The notes below the pieces were generated by a model that saw only the letters and a program-made list of their open reading frames with translations, was not told the DNA's origin and searched no databases. From Balanoglossus misakiensis (taxonomy: Eukaryota > Animalia > Hemichordata): DNA of 64,000 nucleotides. The stretch is taken from NCBI GenBank assembly GCA_040954595.2, contig CM082581.2, positions 8,727,413 to 8,791,412 of the forward strand, given 5' to 3'. Made by a program: the position numbers and the translations under genes. Of the stretch, positions 13,520-27,100 are shown piece by piece; positions within the stretch are counted from its first letter, which is position 1, and each line of letters opens with the position of its first letter.

Positions 13520-13536
13520 GGGGGGGGGGGGGGGGG
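13520..13536. repeat. Poly-G tract (G17)
   Basis: Directly visible homopolymer. Confidence 0.9.
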
Positions 13537-15103
13537 TTCTTCAGTGAGTGACTCTTAGGCGTATCCAACTCTGTTGAAGCCAAAATGGCAATATTCCTTG
13601 CATGGTTTTGCCACTGTTTCAATATTTATTAAAAAATATGATGCTTTGTCCATAATGTGGAATGTTAAGGTCAAGGCTGGTGGAAATGGTGCAAATAAAA
13701 CTATAACGTTGCCGTGGTGATTTCACGAAGTTGGTCGCTTTGTTTTGTGCATAGGGCATGCGATTCATTGCAGGTCAGTCAGCTTTTATTGGGGAGAGGG
13801 ATATCGACTGAATGTATTGTGCTTTATGTCAGCAATTTGTGTAACATGTAAATGAGAATATAAAAGTTGCAGACTATAAAGATTGCGATCAGATGCAGTA
13901 AATGCTTTATTTCATATTTCCATAACCGATCATAAAACCACTCCGCTTCTGCAAGATGTTTAAGGTCTAGGTAAAGTGGGATATTATAAGATTGTTTTAA
14001 ACTTTGACACATATCATAGTCTGCATAGTCTGAACGAGGATGCATGACCGAATGTCTTCGCAGGAATGGGGCCAGGAGTGACGTCTTCATAAAGATGACG
14101 TATTTTGGTTCAAAAGCGCCGGAATTTAACAATTGAATGTCCTTTTTTGCAACGCAAGACCGAGCAACACTCTGGCCAATCAGCATTCAGATAATATTGC
14201 CATAATCATACAGTAGTCACGATGCTGTTATTTATTACTTCTCCGTCATTAAACCAAAATTAAAGTCATCGTCGTCTTCGTGATAGCAGTGGAGACGAAA
14301 TTCTGCCCATTAAAAGACAGGCACCACTATTTGGAGTTTTTCATCAAACGAGGCCGCGCGAGACTGCGCATAAGTGGAAGACAGGGACTTGTGTCCGCGC
14401 ATGCGAGCTGGTGCTTACCACGCAGAAACGAAATTCAAAGGAAATTTAGTACAAATGTTTTGGTATCTACATGTAGGTTTGTCTGAACCATCCAGCTCAT
14501 CAGATACGCGTGCGTACTCATCCGCGAGGTGCTTATTCATATAAGAGGTTGCGGATGAGCTGATTTGCTCGCAATATATTTAAAACGTGGAGTAAGTGCC
14601 TGTTTTATCATCGGTACAAAACAGACTGTGAAATCGAGATGCGTAGGATTCTTTCTGCAAAAACGACAAGCATCACCTTTTATTTCAGTGAGCCCTCGCG
14701 AATCGATATCGTTGGTGGGCAATTGGGCGAAGATTGAGTGCGCCCACTGAATTGTATGGCCCCATTCTCACCCTTACCGCACAAAATATCCTAAAACTTT
14801 CGAACTTATTCATATTTTACTGCTAAGGTTCCGTTTTGTCTCAGTCCGCACGTATTTATCCGTGATTTGTTTGGTTCAGTAAATGTAAACTGCACTGCAA
14901 GAAGTGTAAAGTTCACGGGGGTTAACTGGCTCGCTAAAAGATTTCCACTGGTGATAAAAGCATAAATAGGACAGTTTTACGAATTCATGTTTTCACGTTC
15001 TGAGTCATACAGGGTAATATTTTACAATACACGCCACCAGCAAAAACATGGCACCTTAGTTATCACGTACACTGGTACTTGTAAATGCTGTTCACCATAC
15101 TGC

Positions 15104-15163
15104 ATTGGCAAAATTGATGTTATAGTAAATTCTATTCACTATATCGGCAAAATTGATGTTATA
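15104..15163. repeat. Short direct duplication (period about 39 bp)
   Basis: GGCAAAATTGATGTTATA occurs at 15107 and 15146. Confidence 0.75.
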
Positions 15164-15921
15164 CACTATATATTATCAGGAAGAGTTATTAAAGTTGTCC
15201 ACAAAAGCGTATCCACGTAATATAAACTAATCAACCGGTAACAGTAGATCGGCATCCTAAGACAGGTACTGGGTTGGCGTGCAGCCGTGGCGTCTGGGAA
15301 ATCTGTTGTCTGCGTAAACACAATTTTCTATCGTGGCATTATTTATGACTACAGGCAACGGTACGGGCTGAATAACCCAGATTACATCATAAATAAGCCC
15401 TGACAAAGCTGTCTGATTCGATCGCCTTAATTTGGTTCTCTCCTTTTATTACTCCGCTAGTTTTAAGAGCAGGTCGAACCAGGGGTCACTTCGCAGACCA
15501 TTTTACTGTGGCTGCGACGAGAAAATGGAAAGGGGAAATATATCTTCGCGTGTTGACGGACTGGAGACAAAATGAGGAATATCTATTGATATGATTTGAG
15601 TGGTCGAATGCGCGGAAATTCGATTACCGTTCCGTAAATAGGATTGCGAATAAAACTATAACCCTAGTATTTTTTGACATCGCTTACTGTGTAGGCCTAA
15701 TAGTGAAAGAAAGGCTCTTTTCCGTCCCAGTTTTCGCAGGCGTAATTACTTTATTGGCTTAAAGGGCACCTATACCTGTCGAATCGGAATCAGTCGCTGT
15801 GTAAGAAACTGAATGTCTGTCGATGTCACAAACTCTTATTACGTGATGAAATGAACTTTGCTACACAATTAATGCATAATAACCGCCGGATGTAGTTAGC
15901 TCTATGGGGTTACACGTGTAT

Positions 15922-16538
15922 TTAAAGGGGAAATCCGTTGTAGCTGATTTCTACATAATTTGGTAGCTTTGATGTCACTCTTTCAGAAAAAAACATATTC
16001 GCCATGTATAGGTCGCGCGATTTTTTACAAAATCTAGGGAAAGTTGGCAGAATTTCCAATATGGCGTTTACTGTAATTTGAATCATGGGAAAAAAAGCGC
16101 CAGGACCAACTTCCGCCCACCATGGTGTGGGTGATACCATTCTCCGATAGGTGTCACTGGGCGACAGACTAGGCGTATTTTCATAGCTATTGTTTGTTCT
16201 TTGCATCAGTTGATAAACAATCATCAGCAAAGTCGAAAATTTGTCATCTATTGACAGTTTTCATGAGCTATAACCCATCGAAAATATGCAAATACGCTTA
16301 GCTTGTGACGCAGTGACACCAATCGGAAAATGGTATCACCCACACTAAGGTGGGCGGAAGTTGGTCCTGGCGCTTTTTTTCCCATGATTCAAATTACAGT
16401 AAACGCCATATTGGAACTTTCTCTAGATTTTGTAAAAAATCGCGCGACCTATACATGGCGAATATGTTTTTTTCTGAAAGAGTGACATCAAAGCTACCAA
16501 ATTATGTAGAAATCAGCTACGACGGATTTCCCCTTTAA
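15922..16538. mobile_element. MITE with very long terminal inverted repeats and TTAA target-site duplication (Kolobok/T2-like)
   Basis: TTAA at 15922-15925, then AGGGGAAATCCGTTGTAGCTGATTTCTACATAATTTGG... The right end reads ...CCAAATTATGTAGAAATCAGCTACGACGGATTTCCCCT, then TTAA at 16535-16538. Arms are about 230-240 bp (15926 to ~16165 and ~16305 to 16534) and nearly identical, around a spacer of about 140 bp. This explains the matching ORFs on opposite strands. Confidence 0.92.
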
Positions 16539-18864
16539 TCGAGTTTAGGTTTTCACTTGCACATCGATCATATTTTAGTTGTGATGATAGCTCGACACGT
16601 ACTTTTAAATGGAACATCGCCGCGAAAAAGGGCCACTGGTTATATTTCAGGAACACTTTAAAAATTCACTCTAAAGCACATCAGTCAAACAGAGTGGTAG
16701 TGCTTCTATATTAATGGCGTTGATGAGTTAAGTACCAATGCTACGCCTAACTAATCGGTAAATTCATATGAACAAAAACCTTTTTCCATTATTATGGTTA
16801 GCACGATCGCCAATATCAGAAACAGGCGACAATGCTCAGGGACACAGGGGAGATGCAACAGAACAATGCACATCGATTGTATGATCGAAAGCGCTCTAGA
16901 GATAAAGTCAAGCGGCATGTTTGCTCAAACGCGTCCAACCATCCGGCTGACCAGCGCCGATGCCCCGGCTGAGCTACTCAGGTTGAAATCCGTTCAGCCG
17001 TGAGCCAGCTCCGGTCGAGTCACCCCCTATATAGTTACAAGGTTTCTAGCTGTATTCAAAACCAATGTCATCGGCATCAGCAGTTTACACGACTGATCTC
17101 CCCTCTGGTAATAAACCCAGTCTTGTGAACACTGACCTGATTCGCTGAATGCAACATTCCCGTAATACATGTTTGCTTTAGCTTGGCTGCACATCTGCCT
17201 GGGAATGTGTCAATCACGCGTGAATCCTCTTAACTCTCGTCCTCCACAATCCCCTGTGAGCGCGACGATCACCATAAATTTACGCGCCACTTTCAGGATT
17301 AACACAGCCTGGCTGATCGTCATCAACCGTAAGTGTGGCATCGTCAGTGAGAGATTGATGATAGGGAATATCGCATTCGCATTCCAGCATGCATCGATTA
17401 ATTACCAAAGTAGAAGTAGGCCTAATCATAGACCCTAAATATAACTTTTATCGCACTGCTATACGAACTGTGGCAATTTCGGTAGTGGGCTCACCCCGTT
17501 GGTGACATTTATAAGATTTCGGAATAATTGTCGACCACGAGAGAAAATAAACCATTTCACTTGATAGTTATTTCTCACACACCGCTCCTGTCCCCCAATG
17601 TTTATTTTTCTCTAAAATTGCTTCTAAAAGTTCACAACCCTGAAATTCTTGCTATGATTTTCGGTATTCTGCCAGAAAGGATCCTGTTAACAAGTTGACA
17701 GACGCAGTCATGTTTTGTTAGCTTTTTGTGTCTTATGTCAACAATCCAAACAATTGCGCAATTATTGCTGAAAAAGTTCGTTACGAAAATATTGCATACC
17801 CAATTTCCTCCATCAAATACAGACGAAAAACTTGTTGACATAAAGCGGGCAGCCATTTATCAACAATTTTCCCCAGCCCTGTTATTGCTTCCAGCCAGAG
17901 TTAACCGAGGGATTTGTTGAAATAATATGGAGCTTTCGGTAAATCTAGAACTAGGTCAGATTCGGGGCAACCAAGATCACAGTCCTATTAAAACCTCATC
18001 ATTCATCTGACTGCAGCCGAACGACCAAAGACAAACTGTTGCACATTCAATTGCCCCCACTCAAAACCTTTTAAAAACGATAGAAACGTGAGCAAAACAT
18101 CGCACGCGGAAATGATATTGATATATGAGCAAATCGGCCGTACGGGCGGCGTATACGAAGAGAAAACGAGTAATCGAAGGCGATGGGAAGGAAATATGGT
18201 TTCTTTCCATCGTTCGACATCAAACAGGAAGTGGGCACAACGTGTCATGCAAATGAGGTTGGGTTGGCGCATGACTTTTGAATGTAAATGAAAGTCGGTG
18301 GGTGAACCACAGCAACAGTGACCCCAAACTCTGTCGAGCAGCAACTCATTTTAATCAAGAATTAACGCTTGCTACAGAGACGCTTTGCATATGCTTGCGT
18401 GCACAAAGCATAAAACGTTTGTTGCTTAGATCTGCTATATTAAGTCGCAACTAAATTCAGTCGATGGTTTTAGATATGTAGCTATATATAGAATGGTTTT
18501 TATGAGAGACTTGATAAGATTTAGTACATTCGCGGTTCTTGCGAAGATATTAGTACGCTGTACTTGTCAAGAACACATGTTTATCAGGGCAATTTTACAT
18601 TAATCAAATCGTATCATTATGAGCAATCTGCGGCATCGGGGGATGATCCAGTTTGATGAGTAAATGAATCCTATCACATGTGTGTATTCTGAATTTCCAA
18701 TGAGGCAATTCTTAAAAATAACAACTTATCTCTGCTCGTGGTCGTGAGTTGACTTTACGCAGTTTCTATGCAAAGAATTGTTGAATTATCCACAACTCTG
18801 TATTTGTGATACATTCGTGTGCACACACCTGATTTCAGTGCATAGTTTTGAATATTAATGATTT

Positions 18865-18996
18865 ATTTGCATATCTCGTTTGCATGAAATTTGCATTTAT
18901 ATTAGAATATGAATATCCCGTTTTCTTAGAAACGTGACGCGGATTTTGTCATTGCATAGACCTAAACCCTAATATATATGTAAGGGGAATTTGCAT
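18865..18996. promoter_or_regulatory. Octamer (ATTTGCAT) cluster
   Basis: Perfect ATTTGCAT at 18865, 18889 and 18989, plus GTTTGCAT at 18878. May be repeat-derived. Confidence 0.35.
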
Positions 18997-21080
18997 ATTT
19001 TGCCAGGGCTGAAAGGGTTAATTATCAAGAGCATCAAGAGCTTCTGAGCATTTTGCAGTAACTATACCTGAACATTTTATGTGTATAGGTAGAATATTGC
19101 AATGTTGCATCGTGATTAGGGACACAGAGCAACGTGGCAGGTTTTACCGTAAGGAAACGCATATTAGTTAGCCTAATCGTGATTGCTTTTGACAACATTG
19201 TCATTGTCTTCCTGAGTTTATGAAGTGTAATCAACTGAGCAACCATCTATCGCATATTCTTCAGGGTGAACTCTTGCCTCAGTAATACCATAGATGGTAG
19301 ACTGCCTATGGTAATACAAGGCGAACTGTAGGCGATAAACGATGGTGTGATTTACAGCTGTGAGAAGTACGTGCATTCATGTACCACGAAAATTACACTT
19401 TTGAAAACTAACATGATAAAAAATTTAAGGGCCTTCCGTGGCGCGCTCGCTCGTTGGACACCGTGGGGGGTACTCCACTCGTAAAGTGTCACGTGATCAC
19501 TAGCTTTGTACGTGTTGAGAGCTCGCTTCGAAGCCAGTTAAGGGTTTGGGAAATTTGCGCTTTCTCAGAAACCGCGTGAGGTACTATACTTTCTCTGCAG
19601 ATACTTGTCAGTTATTTTTTGCGGCCACGCGTGTGTTTTAATCACTGGGTCTGAAGGAGAGAGTCCTTTTTTACACTCGGGGCCGGTATCAGTGGTTATT
19701 CTGTCGTCTGTTGGATTTGCTGCTGACAGTACTTTTGTAGTATGAAAGAGAAAACAGGAGAATCCTTCAACCAACTAAACATTTCTTTATTACTTTTCTC
19801 AGTAGCACATGTTGTTTTTTCTGTGCGGCGAGAGCATGATATATAAACGTGTGGCGTCCCTGTCACACACAGCAAAACGCATGGGATTCCGGCGAGAAAA
19901 ATATAATCGTGCGTTAGGAAAACACACCGTTACCATGGGAATAAAAGCGTGAAATAATCCCCTCGTCTTAAGGGAAAAGAAAAACCTATGATTGATGACG
20001 TCGATTTTATGTGTTTATTTTTCTCGAGAGCAGATGATTTGCCGGATATACAAAACACTTTAAGAGTACGATGTGATTGATCGAAATGATTATTATTATA
20101 CTACCTTCCCCCGGGCAGATGGAACAATTTGACAGGAAGGGGGTAGCATGGCTAGAAGTTGACATTTTTATACAATACATATTTTACGAGTAGATTAATA
20201 ATTAATAGTCTTTTTTATTTCGGTTTCATTTTCACCGCCTCTCTTGCTCGGAGGCAATCGTGAAATAGTTGTTGGGGACTCTGTTGGTGTCCCCAGACAA
20301 GAGAATTTAATCAGGAACATTACGGGTTGCTTTTACCCTTCCGGCACAGCACGCGCTGGGGCGCGGGGACTTATACGACCTGGCAATTCCACAAGCAGCG
20401 GCCGTCGGGTTCTGCGCTTCTGCCAGACACGGCGACGCTGGGCATTAATGCAACTGTTAACAACGTGCAATCCGGTTTATTGTTCCGAGTTGTTGCCGCG
20501 GTGACACCTTCTGAGCGAACGGCAAAAGGTGACATCGGGCATGTTTTTTTGTTACACCTGTTGTAATTGGGTGCGGCATCGCCCGCCTTGAACAGATACA
20601 CCCTCATGCTTGACTTAATTTTCCACAGCCGTTGTCCACGGCATATTTTTTGGGGTGTGGGCGATTTCTGTTGGCACAAGACAATTCATCAGGCAACAAC
20701 ACACGCCACATAACTTAGTATTAGACTAGAGAGTCGTTAATGCTTCGAATTCTGTGCCTGCGGACACGTACAATTCGTCCACGTCAAGGGTTGGCTCTAA
20801 GGGACACACCCGTTACAGCTGTCTTGCAGAATGCTCATCCATTTTCGCAGTGCCTGCGGCGGCACTTTTATGTTACTAGAGTGTGCGTCCTTTTGTGGTA
20901 AATTCTCTGTAGATGTGTGAGCAATACCCTCTATGATATTGATTTGCTTTGAAGTTGACAGAGAGAAGTGGGGGAGGGATGGAGAGTAAGAGCCTCAAGG
21001 TTGTGACCTTTATTGGAGTAGTCTTTACCATGAAAATTCGACAGAATGAAAATGATAACATTCACGGCAATAGCAATATC

Positions 21081-21143
21081 GCCACCAGCGTCGTCGTCAC
21101 CGTAATCACCACCCCCACCCCCGCCACCACCACCACCACCATC
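21081..21143. repeat. Degenerate trinucleotide (CAC/CGT)n low-complexity tract
   Basis: gccaccagcgtcgtcgtcaccgtaatcaccacccccacccccgccaccaccaccaccaccatc is directly visible. Confidence 0.75.
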
Positions 21144-24100
21144 CTGTTCTTTGAGGGAATAAGAACGGCATGGTATATATAACCAACCTATTTTACATTT
21201 TGCCTACTGACCCGAAACCTTTTAGAGTCAAATGGTGCGAAGAAAAAAAATTACGCGAGAATTAGCGCGAAACTAGAAATTATGACAAAAGTGCATGAGA
21301 GCGAAATGTGTTAACATTTCGATTTTTTACAAGACGTGCGGTACCAAATGAAAAACGATCAATTGAATGGAGTTTTTACAGTTACCCCGTTTTTGAAACC
21401 GTACGCGTGTTCAGGGACCTGAACTGTTTTTGCTTGGCTTGGAAATGTCACGTTTTCTTTTGATAAGCGACATCATATATGAACAAATCAAGGCCCCTGG
21501 ATCGGAACTGGCTTTGTGCCAAATATAATAAGGATACATTTTTGTGGAAGGAGCTATGAAAAAAGCGAGTTTTTCCTGTTGCGGGATTGCCGTTTAACTT
21601 AATTGATAAATTGCTTCCAACGATACTTCCAGCTCGTATATACATGACATTCATACTCTTTTACCAATAATTATCACAGCGGGATCACCCCGTTTACGAG
21701 GTGTCACAAATGAGGTGAACCTGGCTCACAGGTTGCCGCCAAGTATACTATGCCGCACGGCAATAACAGAAAATTGAGTTTTCTGATAAATTGAGAATTT
21801 CTGAAGTAGGCATAGTGCCAACTGTCTGAAATTGGCCCAATAACGCGTTCGCTTTCTGGCCAATTAATGAAGGATTTCTTCTGGCGCATTAAAACCATCA
21901 CAAAGATACCGTTGGTTACCTAATTATGAGCGCGGGCTCGTTTTTTTTACTGTGAATAATGATCCAACTACAGAGCCAAGGTCTGGTTGCTTTAAGTGGG
22001 GATTTTGCCACGTGACGGAAATTTCTTTCAATGTCCGAGATTTAATGGTTCCTGCAGCTGTAAAATAACATGCTAAATGCCTAGGCGAGAAAGGATCGTG
22101 TACGCCTGCACGCTGGTACTAAACGTAACGACGGGACAATGCAGCCGATATTCACGTCAGTATTTCTTACCCGGATATTAACCCCGTGACATTTGAAATC
22201 TGAAATACCGCCTCGTTTGTCAAATAAACTGGTAATTAGAAATCACTCAACTGGGTTCTAAAGATTGGCGCAGACCATCGCCGAAGTCTTGCAAACGGAA
22301 AGAACGATATATCATTGTCATTCCGCACTCATCAAATGGAAGCCGGTCATTAGGTAACATTGGTTTGGTTATCCAACCCGTGATGTGATCTCGCGTAACC
22401 TGGTTACCAAGTCAATGACACAACTGTCATTTCGGCTACATCGCCAGTTGGTGCATGGCAACTGGGCAGGACGCTACACGTGGCGCGTCTTCGTCATTCA
22501 TCTTTCGTTGTCATGTGGTGTTGTTGTCATTTGGTGGAGTGACTCACAGTTACATTAACGAACAGGCGGAAATTTGACATTTGAATTGTGTTACTTTTCC
22601 CAGTAATTTCGTGTACAATTAGCGCCTGTCAACTGTATAATGTGCCACGATACATTATTGTCTTTCAAATACTGGTATAAAAGGCTCCCAGGGAGCGTCT
22701 TGTGGTAACAAAACTGGAAGGATTTCATAATTCCATTTGAGACCCCTTCTGTTATTATCCTCCGGGCATAGTTATAAAGTGTACATACGAATCTCTTTAT
22801 GTCCGTTTTAAAGCCAAGTTGTTTTTACGAGAATGGCTTAAATTTACTTTATTTCACTTTCCATAGTAGAAAATCTTTGATTTGGCCGATTTGGCCGATA
22901 AAATTTACCCGACCGGGGATTCCTCTAGAAGGTTTGAGATGTGTATTGTTGCTTAGTATTTCCAGCGGTTTGCGGTGTTCCGTTATTGTAAGTGCTGTAC
23001 ATGGTTTGGCAGAAAGAGAGACAGATGTTTATAGTGTGTATTGTCAACTTGTAGTAGAGCTGTTGGCACTGACGGTCACGCGGGTTATCCGCATCAAGGT
23101 GGCCGTCAGGCGTCAAGTGGTGTTGACGTACAGGGACTTAACACGCGGCACTTGTGCATACGCATGCTCAATCATTTTGAAGGGTTTATTGTCACACGGA
23201 GAGAGGGAGAGAGTGTAGAGTCAGGTTTGAACCTCAAATGTTGAAGTTGGACAACACATGCGCTATACACACGGGAACCAGGTGCGTCGTTAACGACCAC
23301 ACCAAACCCCGGCGCCCGACCGTTTCATCGCTTTTACAAGACGCTCTTACCATTTAGAGTAGACCTCAATTTAGACAAACGGTCATGGAAATGACATTGA
23401 ATTCTGTTCGATACAACGAACGCATTACCACAAAATGCCGCCGGCCAACACCTGTTTTGGCACATGCGCCGAGAGACATCAATATTTGAATAAGTATATA
23501 CCAATGGAGAGGTTTTTGATTTGGTAAACCATCGCCGCCTAACTATACTGTTTGATTATTTGAGAAAGCTTCCCCTTTTTGACACGACCTTCAATCGCTG
23601 TGTTTGTGACGCGTGGGAAATCGTATAGCGTTTTTCCAGTCAATTTCAGTTGTTTAGAACACAAAAACAAGATTTAGTGTACTACTCTGATAAGCAGAAC
23701 CGTGAAAGAAGAGATACACAAATCGTCGCTACGGCATGTCTTAGTGAGTAATGATTATCGAAATGTATTGATAAGCCCTATAAAAACCCACGCTATGCTC
23801 TTGGTGGCTCCCTGGCTGAAGTAGACATCCGAACACTTCACTCTGGCGGTAGCATTAAATCAAAGACGAAAACACAATTCATCGAAATAGTTTTTTTACG
23901 TGATTGCTCCGGTTCGGCCCGGGTGACCTTTAAGATTTGCGCACCGAAGTTAGAATAAATGTACTCTCTCCCACCATGAGATTAAAAAAAGGGAATTCCG
24001 CCTTCTCCCCACTACTTATCACAACGCCAGTCTGCGAGGAAACTCTTTTGTGAAATGATTTAATGGTTGGCTTATTTCTCCGCTAGCGTAACGACAGATA

Positions 24101-27100
24101 AGAGGCTCCCCGCAACTAATCATGGAGTCATGAGCGCTGATTTACACCTTGTAAATGTTACCTTGACCACGGTATCACAAAGCGTCATTAGATGCGCGCG
24201 AAGATAACTTGCCTGTTGATGTTTCCGAGTCAATCGTTGCAAACTGTAATTCTCATCTCCTCAAACCCAGCGTTCATGAACGTTCTTTTATAGTCCTGAT
24301 TCTAAGCACACGGACTGGGGCTATCGAAAAAGCAGCGACAGATAAGTACATTAATATAGCTAGCATTGCGGAATTTTTAAAATTTCACCAAAAGTCCGAC
24401 TGTGAGACGCTCACCGTCTTCATCTATGGGCAGGATAAAAAGTCGGAATCGGGCGGAAGTGACGTAGCAAAAAAAGAAAACTTTAGCCAGAATGAAACTG
24501 GATATTTAATATTTAACGGCGGCCAATTTTGTAAGTTCTGTGTGGTCGAATATGTGATCGCTGTCACGGTCGCGCAATGCGTGCGCCAGTGCTCCCTGCG
24601 AGTGAAAACACCGAGGAAAGTAATTAAAACCACTGATCCATCCGAACAAACGTCGACAGTTCACGAAGGGTGGGATGCACCTGACGAGTAATTTTGGAGA
24701 CGTCTGATCCCAACATCTTTTATCAACTGCGGCTACTGGGGAACTGTCAAATCCGAATAATTCTACTACCCCCGTTCCAATGTAAATTAGCACAGCGGTA
24801 CACGTTTTGTCACTGTGACGAGTTTCGTCATTTCAACAGTCTTTGGTCGCAGTTGATGTAGATATGTTTTGGCTTTTAGGGAAAATTGGGCGGTAAAATG
24901 CCGGCGACAAAAGAACATTCCTGTCGTTTACAAATAATTACCACCGATCGGCGCAGCTTCTGGAACCGATAATGGATCGCAATGTATCCGTATTCACCTG
25001 TATACGAGGACTAATCGCCGTTATCATCTCCCCTTCCCTCAGTACTAAACCAAACTCTTCGACTGGAAGTGTGCAGAATGCCACAATAATACCGGGTCAA
25101 AATATCAAGCAATAATAAGAGAAAATCCCTTTTAATGTGCCGACCAAATTGCAAGCGGAAGGGCCGCGATTGTTGCGAATCGACGTAACCCATTTGGATA
25201 ATGCTTCATCGAGCCTTGTACTACTTTTCTGTATACATCCACCGCCCCTCGTTTCAGATATCTATAATAACAAAACTCGCAGCCATTCCCGAGCAAAAAA
25301 AATAATTATCTTGAAGCGCGAATTGAACTGTAAGTACATGTACCATCGCCCGAGAAAGTCAACAACGCGTGCCAGGGATTTTGTATTTTTCGTTACCGTG
25401 AATGATTAATTTTAGTTTAAATCTCTCTCTTGATGATCTTCGATTATTTTGCCCATGCAGAAGTGACTAGGGACGTGATGCGAACACAGGACGAATTCCG
25501 GGAAAGTATATTACTTATATATTGCATAGAAATCCCACTGCGGAACAATCTATTTATTGCTGGAAGGCAAAGAACTGATGCAACTATAGTAATGTTTTTT
25601 TTTCTGTAATAAAATGAGACGAGGCCAGTTTACCAAGTACTGTGTTTACGCACAGTCCCTCCGTCACGTGATATGGTTAACTGTTGTCAAACATGATGAA
25701 ATTACCAGAGTCAGCTGATCTGAGCAAAAATAATTCTTACAGCCCACGAGACAAGTGGAAATCATAAATTATTAGAATCGTAAAAGGAATGACGAAACTA
25801 TTGAATATCTGCCAAATTCAAAATACATGCACAAAAGGCTGGTCATAACGTCACACGCCATTGAAGTAATACCGAGCAATATTTGCCATTATATTGCCAT
25901 TTTGACTGCCAGTGGTTTTAACCGTTTTTATGATGTTGGCAGTTATCCTTATTATTTATGTACTTTGGGAACAACATGTCTGAATACTGTGCAATATGGG
26001 GGAAGATTTACGATCGGTGATTGGATGAATACAAAGATGCCAATACCATACCGAAAATGCAATCATTAGGGGGAGTACGTAGAATACACAGTAGCGTCGT
26101 GTTATTTTTTCTCCCAGGGAGTTTAGATGTTTAAAAAGCCAATTCACACGTGTCCTTACTTTTCTGTCAAAAAAAACATTGGGAGACGCAGTTTACAGAT
26201 GACAAGGTTTTATATCACCGAGTTTCAAAACGTCACTCGATGATAGATTGTCTTAATGCTGATTTAAAATGTACTGCGCGTAATCTTTAAATGGCACGCA
26301 CGTTCATGTAACGACGCGAGTTCAGAATGTCAGTAGATATAGCTGTAAGGAAGCAATGCGGGATCAGATGGTGCAACGATGGCAATTTTGCATGACCAAA
26401 AGGTGTTTTCTTTTCTAAAGCTATGTTATACTGCCATCGGATAAGTGTAGGTCGATAGAATTGATATTTGTGTGTAGATAGGATGGACACCTTCACCTGT
26501 CAAGCCGCGGGCAACCATTCCTAAAGCACCACGGTGTAATAACTTTCCGTATATGTCGTAGGGGCGAGTGTGTGTGTATTACGCATAACCATATGGACAG
26601 GATGGATATCGACATTCAGGCAGTGCGAGTAACTGAACGACTTTTGCCGTTTGTATTTTACTAGCGAACATCGTATGCCCCCATATCATAGGCCCTTTTT
26701 TATTAAACCCACTGAAACACTCGCAAAACCTTACTACCCATGCTTAGTCACGTATACTGCCCGACAATGTATGAGAAGCGCTTCCCACTGCGCATGTCAA
26801 AATGTTCCATCTGTCGTGCTATGCTGATATAGAGCGAAATTAAACCCCCTGGAAACTGATATGTCTTCGCCAAAATTGGAAGAAAGCTGAAATTTAAAAC
26901 CTAACACGCCTGCAGAGTGCTTTAAGCTAGGTCCTTTAGAGTTTAATATACACCAACCGTTCCTTTCATACCAGTTGATTTCCATATGGTTCGCGAACGA
27001 CTGGATACCATATCCTGCTTTTCCCGCGAATAGCTTATTCACGTGTCAGACTACAAACATTGACAGATGAATGTTTCGTAATCCTGAAACTACGTAATCG

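Noticed and set aside
15922-16538. Two near-identical ORFs on opposite strands (102 aa and 62 aa)
   Set aside because: They are translations of the two arms of the MITE inverted repeat, not duplicated genes.
24209-24691. 160-aa ORF, the longest outside the GPCR
   Set aside because: TTG start, no codon bias, no recognisable motif and no convincing splice pair. Consistent with chance.
26525-26534. AGCACCACGG resembling an RE1/NRSE site
   Set aside because: Only part of the left half matches; the GGACAG core and right half are missing.
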